NCBI GenBank assembly: GCA_002450835.1
Contig: DKAM01000030.1
Span: forward strand, 63,688 to 127,687
Source of the DNA: Dehalococcoidia bacterium UBA6926
GTDB taxonomy: Bacteria > Chloroflexota > Dehalococcoidia > UBA6926
DNA length: 64,000 bases
Direction of reading: 5' to 3'
The first letter of the stretch is position 1, and every line of letters starts with the position of its first letter. The position numbers and the translations under genes are program-made. Below are positions 20,046 to 29,757 of the stretch, piece after piece. The notes under the pieces are model-generated. The model ran no database searches. It saw only the letters and a program-made list of their open reading frames with translations, and was not told where the DNA came from.

Positions 20046-21353
20046 TTGATCGCACTATCCACCCTGCTCTACTCAGTCGAATTATTGATCGTATTTATCT
20101 TTGTATTAGGACTTTCTGCGTCAGAAACAGCTTTTTCAATCGTAAAAGGAGACAATCTCGAGCGAATAGTACAAAGAAGATCAGCTGGTGCACGTAGACT
20201 GGAGGCACTACAAGAGAAAAACACTTCTGTCATGATATCTCTATTGATGACGAAAACGGTACTTATCGTATCCTTTATCGTTATAAGTATAGATTTTGGT
20301 AAAACATTATATGACGGTCCTTGGGGCGAGGTTGTATCTGCAGCAGCGGGCCTGGTGATCGTGCTAGTAACACAAACCATTGGCCAACTCTGGGGAACGA
20401 ATAACCCAGAGAGCATCGCCCTAAAATTTACTGCACCCGTTTCAGCATTAACTAAAGCATTATCGCCTTTAGTAAAGATTGTGACATCTCTCGCAATTCC
20501 TCCGATAACGAAATTATTGGGCAATAAATCGGACGCAAATGGTAACGGGAATGAACCCCCAAACATTGAAACCGTGGAAACACTAGGGACAGATAACGAG
20601 TCTTCGCGAAACACAGAAGACAATGAACTGGGCCGCCAAATCATGCGAGGGGCTTTACGACTAGAATCAATGTCAGTTAAGGAAATCATGGTTCCTCGCC
20701 CAGACATAATAAGTATAGCAACAGACAAAACTGTGAGAGAAGGAATAGAGGTTGTACTTAATGAAGGTTACAGCCGTATCCCCTTATATCATGAAACAAT
20801 AGATAATATACGAGGCGTCGTGTACGCAAAAGATCTACTGGCAGTATCCCAAAAAGAACCTGCAGCAAACCTTGCAAGCGTTGCGCGATCTGCACTACTT
20901 ATACCCGAAACAAAAAAATTAGGTTCATTACTTCGTGAATTTCAGGACAAAAGGATACAGATAGCTCTAGTCATTGACGAATATGGAAGCTTATCTGGCT
21001 TAGTTACTAATGAAGACCTATTAGAAGAAATAGTAGGTGATATAGAAGATGAATTTACAGTAGCAGAACCTATAATTGAGCAAATCAATGAAGATACAGC
21101 AATAATAGATGCGAGAGCGCCTTTACAATACGTCAATGATCTTTTCAAAGTTGATCTTGAAGCTGAAGGATCAGCTACCTTAGGTGGCCTGATTTATGAT
21201 AGATTGGCCAGAATGCCTCACCCCGGAGATATAGTCGAGGATGAACAAGTTCGGATAAGGGTACTAACAACCTCAGGGCGGAGAATACGAAGAGTAAGAG
21301 TCAACCGCCTAGATACCCAACAAATTGGAAATTCTAATTCAAGCAGCAAATAG
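20046..21353 (+). CDS. CNNM/CorC-family (DUF21-CBS-CorC_HlyC) magnesium/cobalt transporter; TTG start
   Basis: N-terminal DUF21 TM region, tandem CBS domains (IMVPRPDI...), and a C-terminal CorC_HlyC domain. Confidence 0.8.
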   Translation: MIALSTLLYSVELLIVFIFVLGLSASETAFSIVKGDNLERIVQRRSAGARRLEALQEKNTSVMISLLMTKTVLIVSFIVISIDFGKTLYDGPWGEVVSAAAGLVIVLVTQTIGQLWGTNNPESIALKFTAPVSALTKALSPLVKIVTSLAIPPITKLLGNKSDANGNGNEPPNIETVETLGTDNESSRNTEDNELGRQIMRGALRLESMSVKEIMVPRPDIISIATDKTVREGIEVVLNEGYSRIPLYHETIDNIRGVVYAKDLLAVSQKEPAANLASVARSALLIPETKKLGSLLREFQDKRIQIALVIDEYGSLSGLVTNEDLLEEIVGDIEDEFTVAEPIIEQINEDTAIIDARAPLQYVNDLFKVDLEAEGSATLGGLIYDRLARMPHPGDIVEDEQVRIRVLTTSGRRIRRVRVNRLDTQQIGNSNSSSK

Positions 21354-21611
21354 CATTAGGTACCCTTTAATATCATTTATTTATAGCTAAGGATAGGCTA
21401 CAACCAATTGTTTGAGCACAAGCTTTTAATAAGAAATCCTGGCTAACAGATTGTCTATGCATACTCCATAGAGTTATATTTTTTGTATGCCCATACCTGC
21501 CTCTTTTTTTTGTGCGGAATAACAACATAAAACACGCTAATATATCGCTAGACATAAATTGATTAATCAAATAATCAATGTCTGCAGGTTACAAAACGAA
21601 AAAATGATTGG

Positions 21612-21656
21612 CTAAAAATAAAAGAACCCCCCCGAAAGGGGGTTCTTTTATTTGAA
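21612..21656. terminator. bidirectional rho-independent terminator (GAACCCCC-CCGAAA-GGGGGTTC flanked by A/T runs on both sides)
   Basis: Perfect 8-bp GC-rich stem. A T-run lies 3' on the + strand and an A-run 5' (a T-run on the minus strand). Sits between convergent genes. Confidence 0.7.
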
Positions 21657-21677
21657 TTTGCCCTTAGATTATGTAAT

Positions 21678-22253
21678 CTATTCCCCGGTTATAGGATCAG
21701 GTAAGAGAGTAGCTTTTACATGTAAAGCGGTTGTTGCAGAAGCTCCATCACGAGCTGCTGTTGCTTTAAGTGTATACACTCCAACACCAAGTCCAGATGG
21801 AATCGCTGGGCTACCAGCTGAACCTAGAGTTTCCTCTACGGCTCCCGACCCATTGGTCTTAGCACTGCCTACCGTATAATCACCGCCAGGGCCATCAGCT
21901 TCAACTATAGTCACTGTGATTGTATCTTTACGGGGGAATCCCGCCAAAGTTACTTTCAAGGTCTCTTGACCAGCAACATTCCTAACTGTGGATACAGCTA
22001 TTGAAGCAAACCTAGCAGCATTGCCGTCAGCGCCGTTTTTACCGTCTGATCCGTCTGATCCGTCTGCGCCCGCTGGTCCTGCTGGACCTGCTGCGCCTGC
22101 CGGACCCGCTGGACCTGCCGGACCTGCTGCACCTGCTGCACCTGCTGCACCTGCCGGGCCTGCTTCACCAGCAGGGCCTGCACAAGCAGAGATTAACAAC
22201 ATTCCTACTAAAGATAGTATAACTAGGGGGTAAATCGCTTTCCCTTTGAACAC
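21678..22253 (-). CDS. collagen-like (GXY-repeat) lipoprotein with a C-terminal globular domain
   Basis: GTG start 6 nt after a GGAGGA RBS. Signal peptide MFKGKAIYPLVILSLVGMLLISAC with lipobox. About 17 consecutive Gly-X-Y triplets (GPAGEAGPAGAAG...GSDGKNGADG). Confidence 0.6.
   Translation of the reverse strand: MFKGKAIYPLVILSLVGMLLISACAGPAGEAGPAGAAGAAGAAGPAGPAGPAGAAGPAGPAGADGSDGSDGKNGADGNAARFASIAVSTVRNVAGQETLKVTLAGFPRKDTITVTIVEADGPGGDYTVGSAKTNGSGAVEETLGSAGSPAIPSGLGVGVYTLKATAARDGASATTALHVKATLLPDPITGE
22028..22183. repeat. low-complexity nucleotide repeats encoding the Gly-Pro/Ala-Ala-Gly collagen-like tract
   Basis: Reiterated gcaggtcc/gcagcagg-type 9-mers. The antisense ORF 21988..22233 is an artefact of this repeat. 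Confidence 0.7.
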
Positions 22254-22458
22254 GACTGTTCCTCCTTCTAGGAGATTGAGATTTATCAACGGAAATCTAT
22301 TCCGATTAACCACATATGTGGTCCAATACGGTCATGATAGGCATTCTAGGTTAGGTGTGTCAAGTAATTTGACATAGGAAATCTTTTAAATGTACTTAAT
22401 GTTAATCAAACGGACCAACCGCTGCTATAATAACAATCCGAGATGCTAGCGTCTTTTT

Positions 22459-22546
22459 GGAGAGGTGGCCGAGCGGTTTAAGGCGTCGCTCTCGAAAAGC
22501 GGAGTCTCCTTATCGGGGACCGTGGGTTCGAATCCCACCCTCTCCG
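22459..22546 (+). tRNA. tRNA-Ser (anticodon CGA), class II with long variable arm
   Basis: Manual fold gives acceptor GGAGAGG/CCTCTCC, anticodon loop CTCGAAA, and T-loop GTGGGTTCGAATCCCAC. Confidence 0.8.
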
Positions 22547-22547
22547 C

Positions 22548-22639
22548 GGAGAGATGCTGGAGTGGCTGAACAGGCACGCCTGGAAAGCGTGTAGAGTCTG
22601 TAAGGGCTCTCGCGGGTTCGAATCCCGCTCTCTCCGCCA
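22548..22639 (+). tRNA. tRNA-Ser (anticodon GGA), class II, CCA encoded
   Basis: Acceptor GGAGAGA/TCTCTCC, anticodon loop CTGGAAA, T-arm GCGGGTTCGAATCCCGC. Lies 1 nt after the previous tRNA. Confidence 0.8.
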
Positions 22640-22665
22640 GTTTATCAGTGATGAGGAATATACTT

Positions 22666-23814
22666 ATGGATATATCAACCGCTGCTATTAGTGTAATAGT
22701 CCTATTTGGTTTAACGTTATTATATTTAGCCTGGGCATCCAGATCTAAAACAAGCCGTAAAGAGGAATATGAGGAAATCATAGAGACCATCATTAAAGAA
22801 CAGTTAGGAACTGCTTTCCCGGATGCGATCAATAAATCTTCAGATTATTTAATCAAATTAAACCAACAGCACATGCAATCCTTAACAAAAGATTTTGAAG
22901 ACAAAAGAAACCAAATTGAAAAAAGTATGGAAAGAATCTTCGGCAGTCTTCAGAATTTGACAACTTCCACTGGAGAATTAGGAAGCAAGATTACCACCGA
23001 GATAAAAAACGTTGGACAACAAACAAGTGAATTGAGGAACACGACAACCCACCTCAACAATTTGCTCGACAATAATCCTAAAAGAGGCCAATGGGGTGAG
23101 AGGGTTACAGAAGATATACTGAGATCATTGGGTTTTGTAGAAGGCATAGGATATCAGAAGCAACAGAGCCATCATGGAGAAGATGGCGGAACAAGACCAG
23201 ACTATGAGTTCCCTCTACCCGGTGGGCTCAAAGTATATATGGACGTTAAATTCCCGTTCACAGCGTACGAAGAGTACTTCAATGAAGACTCGCCACCAAA
23301 AAAAGAAGAGCATAGAAAACGTTTTCTGCAAGATGTAGAGAGGAAAGTAAAAACTTTACCAAAATACATAAATGTCTCAGAAGGTACAGTTGATTACGTT
23401 TTCATGTTCATACCAAATGAAGCGGTAATGTCTTTCTTATACGAAAGCGATCAAAGCCTCTTCGAAAAAGCTTTACGCCAACGAGTACTACTTTTATCAC
23501 CAATTACTCTTTACTCGGCGTTATCAACAATCAGACATATCTTAGATACTATAAAAATAAGACAGTCAGCGAATGAAATTACTGAGTTAATGAGTGTTTT
23601 TGATGCAGAGTGGAAAAAATTTAAGTCCCAATACGACAAACTTGGCAATCAAATTCAAACTGTACAAAATACTTATTCAGATGATTTATCAAGAAGAATC
23701 AGGATGTTAGAAAAACCTTTAGACAAAATAAACGAATTAAAATCAGATATCTATCTAACGAGAACTGAAAATATTATTGAAGATAGCCTAGAAACAATTG
23801 ATGAAGATGCCTAG
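22666..23814 (+). CDS. rmuC: DNA recombination protein RmuC
   Basis: N-terminal TM helix, long coiled-coil, and a conserved C-terminal RmuC region (DYVFMFIPNEAV...LLLSPITLYSAL). ATG 22666 has a GAGGAA RBS; the frame is open from 22648. Confidence 0.8.
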   Translation: MDISTAAISVIVLFGLTLLYLAWASRSKTSRKEEYEEIIETIIKEQLGTAFPDAINKSSDYLIKLNQQHMQSLTKDFEDKRNQIEKSMERIFGSLQNLTTSTGELGSKITTEIKNVGQQTSELRNTTTHLNNLLDNNPKRGQWGERVTEDILRSLGFVEGIGYQKQQSHHGEDGGTRPDYEFPLPGGLKVYMDVKFPFTAYEEYFNEDSPPKKEEHRKRFLQDVERKVKTLPKYINVSEGTVDYVFMFIPNEAVMSFLYESDQSLFEKALRQRVLLLSPITLYSALSTIRHILDTIKIRQSANEITELMSVFDAEWKKFKSQYDKLGNQIQTVQNTYSDDLSRRIRMLEKPLDKINELKSDIYLTRTENIIEDSLETIDEDA

Positions 23815-23882
23815 AATCTCGATATAAAACTATCCTACCCTAGGTTATTTAACACTAAATATAGAAAAGTAAGAGAGGAAGG

Positions 23883-24758
23883 ATGGAAAAAGACCTAGAG
23901 TTTTGGTTGTCTTTCCATGCTATACCTGGTTTCAAAGCAAATCATTTTGTTTTGCTCAAATCAGGATTTGATAATTTAGGGAAAGCATGGAGGGCGTCAA
24001 AAGATGATCTTGCTAAATTAGGAATACCAAAATCAATCATTAACCATATTGTGTCCAAGCGATCTAAGCAAAACCCGGAAGAGCAACTGGAAAAATTGGA
24101 GAGATATGGAGCGAATGCTATTACTAGCGATAACCTTTTTTTTCAAGAGAACCTACAAAAACTTTTCCCAGTATCTCCCATTATTTACTATAAAGGGGAG
24201 CTATCATTACTTGAGAAAGAATCCATTTCTCTTATAGGCGGTCATCAAACTACAGACTACTCCCGACAAGTAGCACAGAATATTATGAAGGACCTTATTG
24301 CATATGGGTACATTTTTATTGGAGGATTAGCAAAAGGCATGGATTCACTTTGCCATAATACGGCTCATATCCAAAAAGGTGTCACAGTAGGAGTACTGTC
24401 TTCAGGGATAGATATTATATACCCTACTGAAAATCTAGATCTCTCTAGAGAAATCACTGATACCGGTGTCCTCATTACCGATAAACCTTTAGGAACTAGG
24501 CCTTCAAGAAATGGTTACTTATCGAGTGGGAATTTAATTACAAGGATTAGCGTTGCCTCAATATTTATAGATGGTAAAACCGACGGTATTGAGTCATCGA
24601 TAATTTCCAACGCTATTAAAGAAAAAATCCCTGTGTTCGGAATACCAGGCAACATATTCTCAGAGACCAGTCGAGGTCCAAATTTATTCATAGTACAAGG
24701 AGATGCCACACCTATCCTGCATTTCAGTGAAGTCGCTGAGTACCTTGGAAAATCTTAA
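23883..24758 (+). CDS. dprA: DNA processing protein DprA (Smf)
   Basis: Rossmann-like core (GGLAKGMDSLCH, GVLSSGIDIIYPTEN, GNLITRISVASIFID). Lies directly upstream of topA, a conserved dprA-topA synteny. Confidence 0.75.
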   Translation: MEKDLEFWLSFHAIPGFKANHFVLLKSGFDNLGKAWRASKDDLAKLGIPKSIINHIVSKRSKQNPEEQLEKLERYGANAITSDNLFFQENLQKLFPVSPIIYYKGELSLLEKESISLIGGHQTTDYSRQVAQNIMKDLIAYGYIFIGGLAKGMDSLCHNTAHIQKGVTVGVLSSGIDIIYPTENLDLSREITDTGVLITDKPLGTRPSRNGYLSSGNLITRISVASIFIDGKTDGIESSIISNAIKEKIPVFGIPGNIFSETSRGPNLFIVQGDATPILHFSEVAEYLGKS

Positions 24759-24910
24759 TATTTATAATACTCTGCAATAGACTGGTAGACATTCTACATA
24801 ATACAAATAACCCAATCTCAACAGCATTGCAGGTATTAAATTATCAATATATGTTGACGAATCCACAAAACAAATATTAAATGAGTATGCTTACAAGGAG
24901 ACTTAGACCG

Positions 24911-27109
24911 ATGGCAACCAAAACAAAAAATAAAACGAAGAAGTCTGGCAGAGCAGCTCCTACCGCCGATAAAAGCAAGTTGGTTATTGTAGAGTCACCA
25001 GCAAAAGCCAGGACCCTTTCAAGAATACTAGGCTCAGAGTATTCTGTTATCGCATCTATGGGTCATGTAAGAGATCTACCCAGCGGAAAATTAGGAATTG
25101 ATATAGAAAACGATTTCGAGCCTCAATACAGAATCCCGCGTGGTAAAAACACCATAATTAAAGAGGTTAAAGCCGCTATAAAAAATGCTACCAACGTTTA
25201 CCTTGCAACAGATCCAGATCGAGAAGGTGAAGCAATCTCTTGGCACTTAATGGAAGCTGCTTCTATCGATCCAGATATTGTTGAGAGAGTAGTTTTCCAC
25301 GAAATAACAAACTCAGCAATACTAGAAGCATTCAAAGAACCTAGAAAAATTGATTGGAATTTAGTCGAAGCGCAACAAGCAAGACGAGTACTGGACCGAT
25401 TAGTTGGTTACACGCTAAGCCCAGTTCTCTGGAAGAAAGTTAGAAGAGGTCTATCAGCCGGACGGGTTCAATCCGCTGCTTTGCGCCTGGTGGTTGACCG
25501 CCAACAAGAAATAGATGCTTTCAACCCAAGAGAATATTGGTCGATTGAAATCAAACTTAACACAAATAATAAAAAAGATAACGAATTCATCGCAAAGCTC
25601 CATAGAGCCCTAGGCGAAAGAAAAAATATTGAAATCAATAGCGATGATGAAGCACAATCTATAGCAAAGATTCTACGAACTTCAAAGTATGAAGTTGCTT
25701 CTATAAATACTAGACCTACAACCAGACGACCATCCCCCGCGTTCATTACATCAACTTTGCAACAAGAAGCCTTTAGAAAATTAAGATTTACAGCTCGAAG
25801 GACGATGTCCGTCGCACAACAATTGTATGAAGGAATTAACTTAGATTCTGAGGGTTCTTCAGGACTAATAACCTATATGAGGACCGATTCAATCAATATG
25901 TCATCATATGCAATTGATCAGGCGAGAGAAGTAATCAAAGAAAAATATGGAAGCGAGCATATCCCAGAGAAACCAAAGTCCTATAAAACGAAAGTAAAAG
26001 GAGCGCAAGAGGCCCACGAGGCGATTAGACCAACTTCATTTTCTCGGTTACCAGAATCTATTAAAGACAATCTTACTAATGACCAATACCGGCTATATGA
26101 TCTTATATGGAAGAGAGCAATAGCATCTCAAATGGCAGATGCAAAATTTCAGCAAACCTCTGTGGATATTCACACGGAAAACAACGAGTCCGACATGCGC
26201 TATTTACTTCGAACAAGTGGATCGATAATGACATTTGACGGATTTTTAAAAATTTACACAGAAGGCCAAGATGAGCCAAGTAATGATTCTGATGACGGAC
26301 GAATTATTCCAGAATTATCTGAAGGCCAAGCACTGACTGCTTCCGATATTGCTCCAAATCAACATTTCACTCAACCACCCCCTAGATACACTGAAGCCTC
26401 TCTTGTCAAAGCTTTAGAAGAAAAAGGAATTGGGCGACCAAGTACTTATGCAACCATAATGGGAACTATTCAAGACAGAGGTTACGTCGATAAAGAAAAT
26501 AATTCTTTCAAAGCTTTGCGATTAGGAGTGGCAGTCTCAGATCTTCTAAAACAATTCTTCCCCGAGATCGTCGACTTGGATTTCACGTCTGAAATGGAAA
26601 ATAAATTGGACGACATAGCTAATGGAGAACTCGAGCGCATTCCCGTTATAAAAACTTTCTACAATCCATTCAATTTTCAAATTGAGTCTGCCAAAGAGAA
26701 TATGCCTAGAGTCACCGACATCGACGAACCTTCGAACGAAATTTGCCCTCTCTGTGAGAGTAAGATGGTTATAAAAAGAGGTAGGTTTGGTCCATTTTTA
26801 TCATGCTCAACTTTCCCAGAATGTAAAGGTACGAAAAAGATCGAATCAAAAATTGGTGTAGACTGTCCAAAGTGCGGCAGTGAACTATTGGAACGAAGAT
26901 CTAATAAAACAAAAAGGACCTTTTACGGATGCTCAAGCTTCCCAAAATGCGATTTCCTTGTAAATCAGAAGCCACTAATTGAAAAATGCCCAGAGTGTAC
27001 GGGTTTGTTAGTTGCCGCAAGAAAAGATGAAGCCAAATGTGTTGATAAGGAATGTGGATGGAACGGATCTACAGAGGAATTATCTGCCACAGCGGTAGAT
27101 ACCGCATAA
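24911..27109 (+). CDS. topA: DNA topoisomerase I
   Basis: Toprim (LVIVESPAKA), catalytic Tyr region, and several C-terminal Cys4 zinc ribbons. The frame is open from ATG 24881; ATG 24911 has an AAGGAG RBS. Confidence 0.9.
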   Translation: MATKTKNKTKKSGRAAPTADKSKLVIVESPAKARTLSRILGSEYSVIASMGHVRDLPSGKLGIDIENDFEPQYRIPRGKNTIIKEVKAAIKNATNVYLATDPDREGEAISWHLMEAASIDPDIVERVVFHEITNSAILEAFKEPRKIDWNLVEAQQARRVLDRLVGYTLSPVLWKKVRRGLSAGRVQSAALRLVVDRQQEIDAFNPREYWSIEIKLNTNNKKDNEFIAKLHRALGERKNIEINSDDEAQSIAKILRTSKYEVASINTRPTTRRPSPAFITSTLQQEAFRKLRFTARRTMSVAQQLYEGINLDSEGSSGLITYMRTDSINMSSYAIDQAREVIKEKYGSEHIPEKPKSYKTKVKGAQEAHEAIRPTSFSRLPESIKDNLTNDQYRLYDLIWKRAIASQMADAKFQQTSVDIHTENNESDMRYLLRTSGSIMTFDGFLKIYTEGQDEPSNDSDDGRIIPELSEGQALTASDIAPNQHFTQPPPRYTEASLVKALEEKGIGRPSTYATIMGTIQDRGYVDKENNSFKALRLGVAVSDLLKQFFPEIVDLDFTSEMENKLDDIANGELERIPVIKTFYNPFNFQIESAKENMPRVTDIDEPSNEICPLCESKMVIKRGRFGPFLSCSTFPECKGTKKIESKIGVDCPKCGSELLERRSNKTKRTFYGCSSFPKCDFLVNQKPLIEKCPECTGLLVAARKDEAKCVDKECGWNGSTEELSATAVDTA

Positions 27110-27163
27110 GCTAGAGTATACATGGGTATACTGAGCCCAAACAAAAAACGTTAGGACCACCAG

Positions 27164-28144
27164 GTGTACAATTCTAAAATTCAAACGAATTTAGACCAAA
27201 CTAAAGAGATAATTGAAGTATACCAATCACATCTAAAGAACGAACGCTTGCTTTCTGGGTACACCATACGTAATTACACAGAAGACACAGTGTCTTTTCT
27301 GGGTTTTGCACTAGAAATTGGGAACAAAGATTTACATGAGATCGATAGATCCCATATCGAAAAATGGATCTTTCAATTAAGTAACGCTGGAACAGCAAAA
27401 TCATCAATCGCACGAAAACTTTCGGCAATACGCAATTTCTGGAATTTTCTCGCAGATAAAAATATCGTTAATAATAGAGAAATGCCTGCACGAGTCCCAT
27501 CGCCCAAAAAAGGTCGTAGCCTCCCAAGATTTCTCTCACAACAAGAAATCGAAATTCTCATTAATGGCCCAGCAAGAAAATATAAATCTCTACAACTACA
27601 GAACACCAAACATCATTCCATTGAAAAATCCCGTCTAGATAGAGATACGGCTATACTCGAAATCTGCTATGGAGCAGGCTTGCGCGTCTCTGAACTTGCT
27701 CAACTTGACACTGAAAATATTGATCTAAGAAAAGGCATTGTAAGAGTTATCGGCAAAGGTAACAAAGAACGAGAATCTTTCTTCGGCGAGAGCTGCAAAT
27801 TGGCCCTAAAAAATTATATTGAAAAATCAAGACCTCAACTTATGAAAAATCAACTAGAGACTGCTTTGTTTATCAATAACAGAGGAACAAGATTATCAGT
27901 TAGGGGATTCGAACTTGTAGTAAAAAAATGGGCATCTGAAGTAGGAATAGAAGGGGAAATTCATCCCCATACTTTAAGGCATTCTTTCGCAACCCATCTG
28001 CTAGATGGAGGAGCGGATTTAAGAACTGTCCAAGAGCTTCTAGGGCACTCATCAGTTGATACTACAGAAATATACACGCATGTCACTCAAACACAAATGG
28101 CAACCGTTTACGCGAGATCCCATCCTAGGATGGATCAAGATTAA
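27164..28144 (+). CDS. tyrosine recombinase, XerC/XerD family; GTG start
   Basis: C-terminal catalytic motifs HPHTLRHSFATHLLDGGADLRTVQELLGHSSVDTTEIYTHV. Confidence 0.8.
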   Translation: MYNSKIQTNLDQTKEIIEVYQSHLKNERLLSGYTIRNYTEDTVSFLGFALEIGNKDLHEIDRSHIEKWIFQLSNAGTAKSSIARKLSAIRNFWNFLADKNIVNNREMPARVPSPKKGRSLPRFLSQQEIEILINGPARKYKSLQLQNTKHHSIEKSRLDRDTAILEICYGAGLRVSELAQLDTENIDLRKGIVRVIGKGNKERESFFGESCKLALKNYIEKSRPQLMKNQLETALFINNRGTRLSVRGFELVVKKWASEVGIEGEIHPHTLRHSFATHLLDGGADLRTVQELLGHSSVDTTEIYTHVTQTQMATVYARSHPRMDQD

Positions 28145-28204
28145 TACAAATTATGCCAAAAAAATTGTTCTAGATGCTAGAATGCATTAAACATATCTAT
28201 AGGA

Positions 28205-28642
28205 ATGAACATGCATATACTTTTGGTTAATGGGCCAAATCTCAATATACTCGGTAGCCGTGATGCCGATCACTACGGCACGATAACGTTGAAAGAAATC
28301 GAAAAAACGTTTACAGAACGAGCATCTGATCTGAATGTAGATTTGGTTTCAGTATTTCAAGCAAATAGCGAAGGGGACTTAGTTGATTTTATCCAAAACA
28401 ATAAAGCTGATGCAATCGTAATCAATCCAGGGGCTCTAACCCACTATGGATATAGCCTAAGGGACGCTTTAGAGGATTTCGGTAAACCAGTTGTAGAAGT
28501 ACATATTTCAAACATCTACGCTAGGGAAGATTTCCGGAACAAAAGTGTCATTGCAGACATCGCAACAGGACAAATTTCAGGGTTAGGCTTGAACGGATAT
28601 CTAGCAGCTCTCGATTTTTTAATTGGAAACAACCAACCCTAG
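28205..28642 (+). CDS. aroQ: type II 3-dehydroquinate dehydratase
   Basis: ILLVNGPNLNILG...INPGALTHYG...HISN motifs. Confidence 0.9.
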   Translation: MNMHILLVNGPNLNILGSRDADHYGTITLKEIEKTFTERASDLNVDLVSVFQANSEGDLVDFIQNNKADAIVINPGALTHYGYSLRDALEDFGKPVVEVHISNIYAREDFRNKSVIADIATGQISGLGLNGYLAALDFLIGNNQP

Positions 28643-28660
28643 TAAGCGAGTATAATATTT

Positions 28661-29743
28661 ATGGTGGACTATATTAGTCGAATTCAACACTTACGCGATT
28701 CCCTTGCAAACGAAAACTTGCAAGGGGCGATAATATCTCAACCAGAAAACAGAAGATATATTAGTGGATTCACAGGATCATCGGGACTTTGTATCATTTC
28801 CGAAAAAAATGCCCTTTTATCTACAGATTCAAGATATACAGAACAAGCAGCAAAGCAATCACCTGAATTTTCAATTTTTCAAACAATTGGTAACTTTGAT
28901 AAATGGCTACCAAACGTGCTCGATAATCTTCCACGGGGCAGCAACTTAGGAATAGAATTTGAGCATGTAACACATGGGACATTTAACAGGTTCAAAGCAG
29001 TTGCAGACGATATGAATATAACTTTAAAGCCAATGAATGGCATATTAGAAAAACAACGCAATATAAAAGATGAAGATGAAAAACATTGGCTAAAAAAAGC
29101 TATTGAGATAACCGACGCATCAATAGAAAAATTGATGGGAACTATACATACAGGAATGACGGAAAAAGACGTTTCATGGGAAATCGAGCAGAACATGCGA
29201 AATCTGGGTGCCGAAGGAATCGCTTTCGACTTGATAGTAGCTTCAGGGCCAAATGGAGCAATGGCTCACCATTTCCCTTCAGACCAAAAAATAGAAGCAG
29301 GAGTACCCATCGTTATCGATATTGGCGCTAAATTTAACGGTTACCACGCAGATTTAACACGAAGCTTTACGTTAGGAAAATCAGACAAAAGATTCAATGA
29401 AATATTCGATGTAGTGCTAACCGCCCAGGAGACAGCAATAGCAACAATACAATCTGGAATCACAGGGGAAAAGGCTGACAGTCTAGCACGAGCAATCATA
29501 GAGGACGCTGGATTCGGAGAAAACTTTGGGCATTCTCTAGGCCACGGGGTAGGCCTGGCAGTGCATGAGTATCCTAGGCTCGCTCAATCGGCCGAAGAAA
29601 TATTAGAGGATGGAATGATTTTTACCGTAGAACCTGGGATATATTTAAGTGGCTGGGGTGGTATTAGAATAGAAGATGTTGTCGAATTAAAGGATGGCCG
29701 CTGTTGGCCACTAAGCCAAGCTTCAAAAATTAGAGAGGTTTAG
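28661..29743 (+). CDS. M24-family Xaa-Pro aminopeptidase
   Basis: Creatinase N-terminal domain plus pita-bread metal ligands (DIGAKFNGYHADLTR, HGVGLAVHE, EPG, IEDVV). Conserved aroQ-pepP-efp neighbourhood. Confidence 0.85.
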   Translation: MVDYISRIQHLRDSLANENLQGAIISQPENRRYISGFTGSSGLCIISEKNALLSTDSRYTEQAAKQSPEFSIFQTIGNFDKWLPNVLDNLPRGSNLGIEFEHVTHGTFNRFKAVADDMNITLKPMNGILEKQRNIKDEDEKHWLKKAIEITDASIEKLMGTIHTGMTEKDVSWEIEQNMRNLGAEGIAFDLIVASGPNGAMAHHFPSDQKIEAGVPIVIDIGAKFNGYHADLTRSFTLGKSDKRFNEIFDVVLTAQETAIATIQSGITGEKADSLARAIIEDAGFGENFGHSLGHGVGLAVHEYPRLAQSAEEILEDGMIFTVEPGIYLSGWGGIRIEDVVELKDGRCWPLSQASKIREV

Positions 29744-29757
29744 AGAGGAACCTGGAA

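Noticed and set aside
22028-22183. Possible CRISPR-like regular repeats
   Set aside because: Periodicity is 9 nt with no spacers, and it lies inside a coding GXY tract. No CRISPR array is present anywhere in the window.
21988-22233. + strand ORF encoding a PAGPAGPAAPAG low-complexity protein
   Set aside because: It is the antisense reading of the collagen-like GXY repeat gene on the minus strand. The minus-strand gene has an RBS, a signal peptide and a globular C-terminal domain.
22446-22832. 128-aa minus-strand ORF
   Set aside because: It overlaps two well-folded tRNA-Ser genes and the start of rmuC, so it is not credible.
24881-24910. 30-nt N-terminal extension of topA (MSMLTRRLRP)
   Set aside because: ATG 24911 has a proper AAGGAG RBS and matches topoisomerase I N-termini better, so the upstream ATG is probably not used.
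27164-28144. Tyrosine recombinase as a marker of a mobile element or integrated island
   Set aside because: The context (dprA-topA-xer, housekeeping flanks, no att-like repeats, no phage or IS genes) points to the chromosomal XerC/XerD dimer-resolution recombinase.
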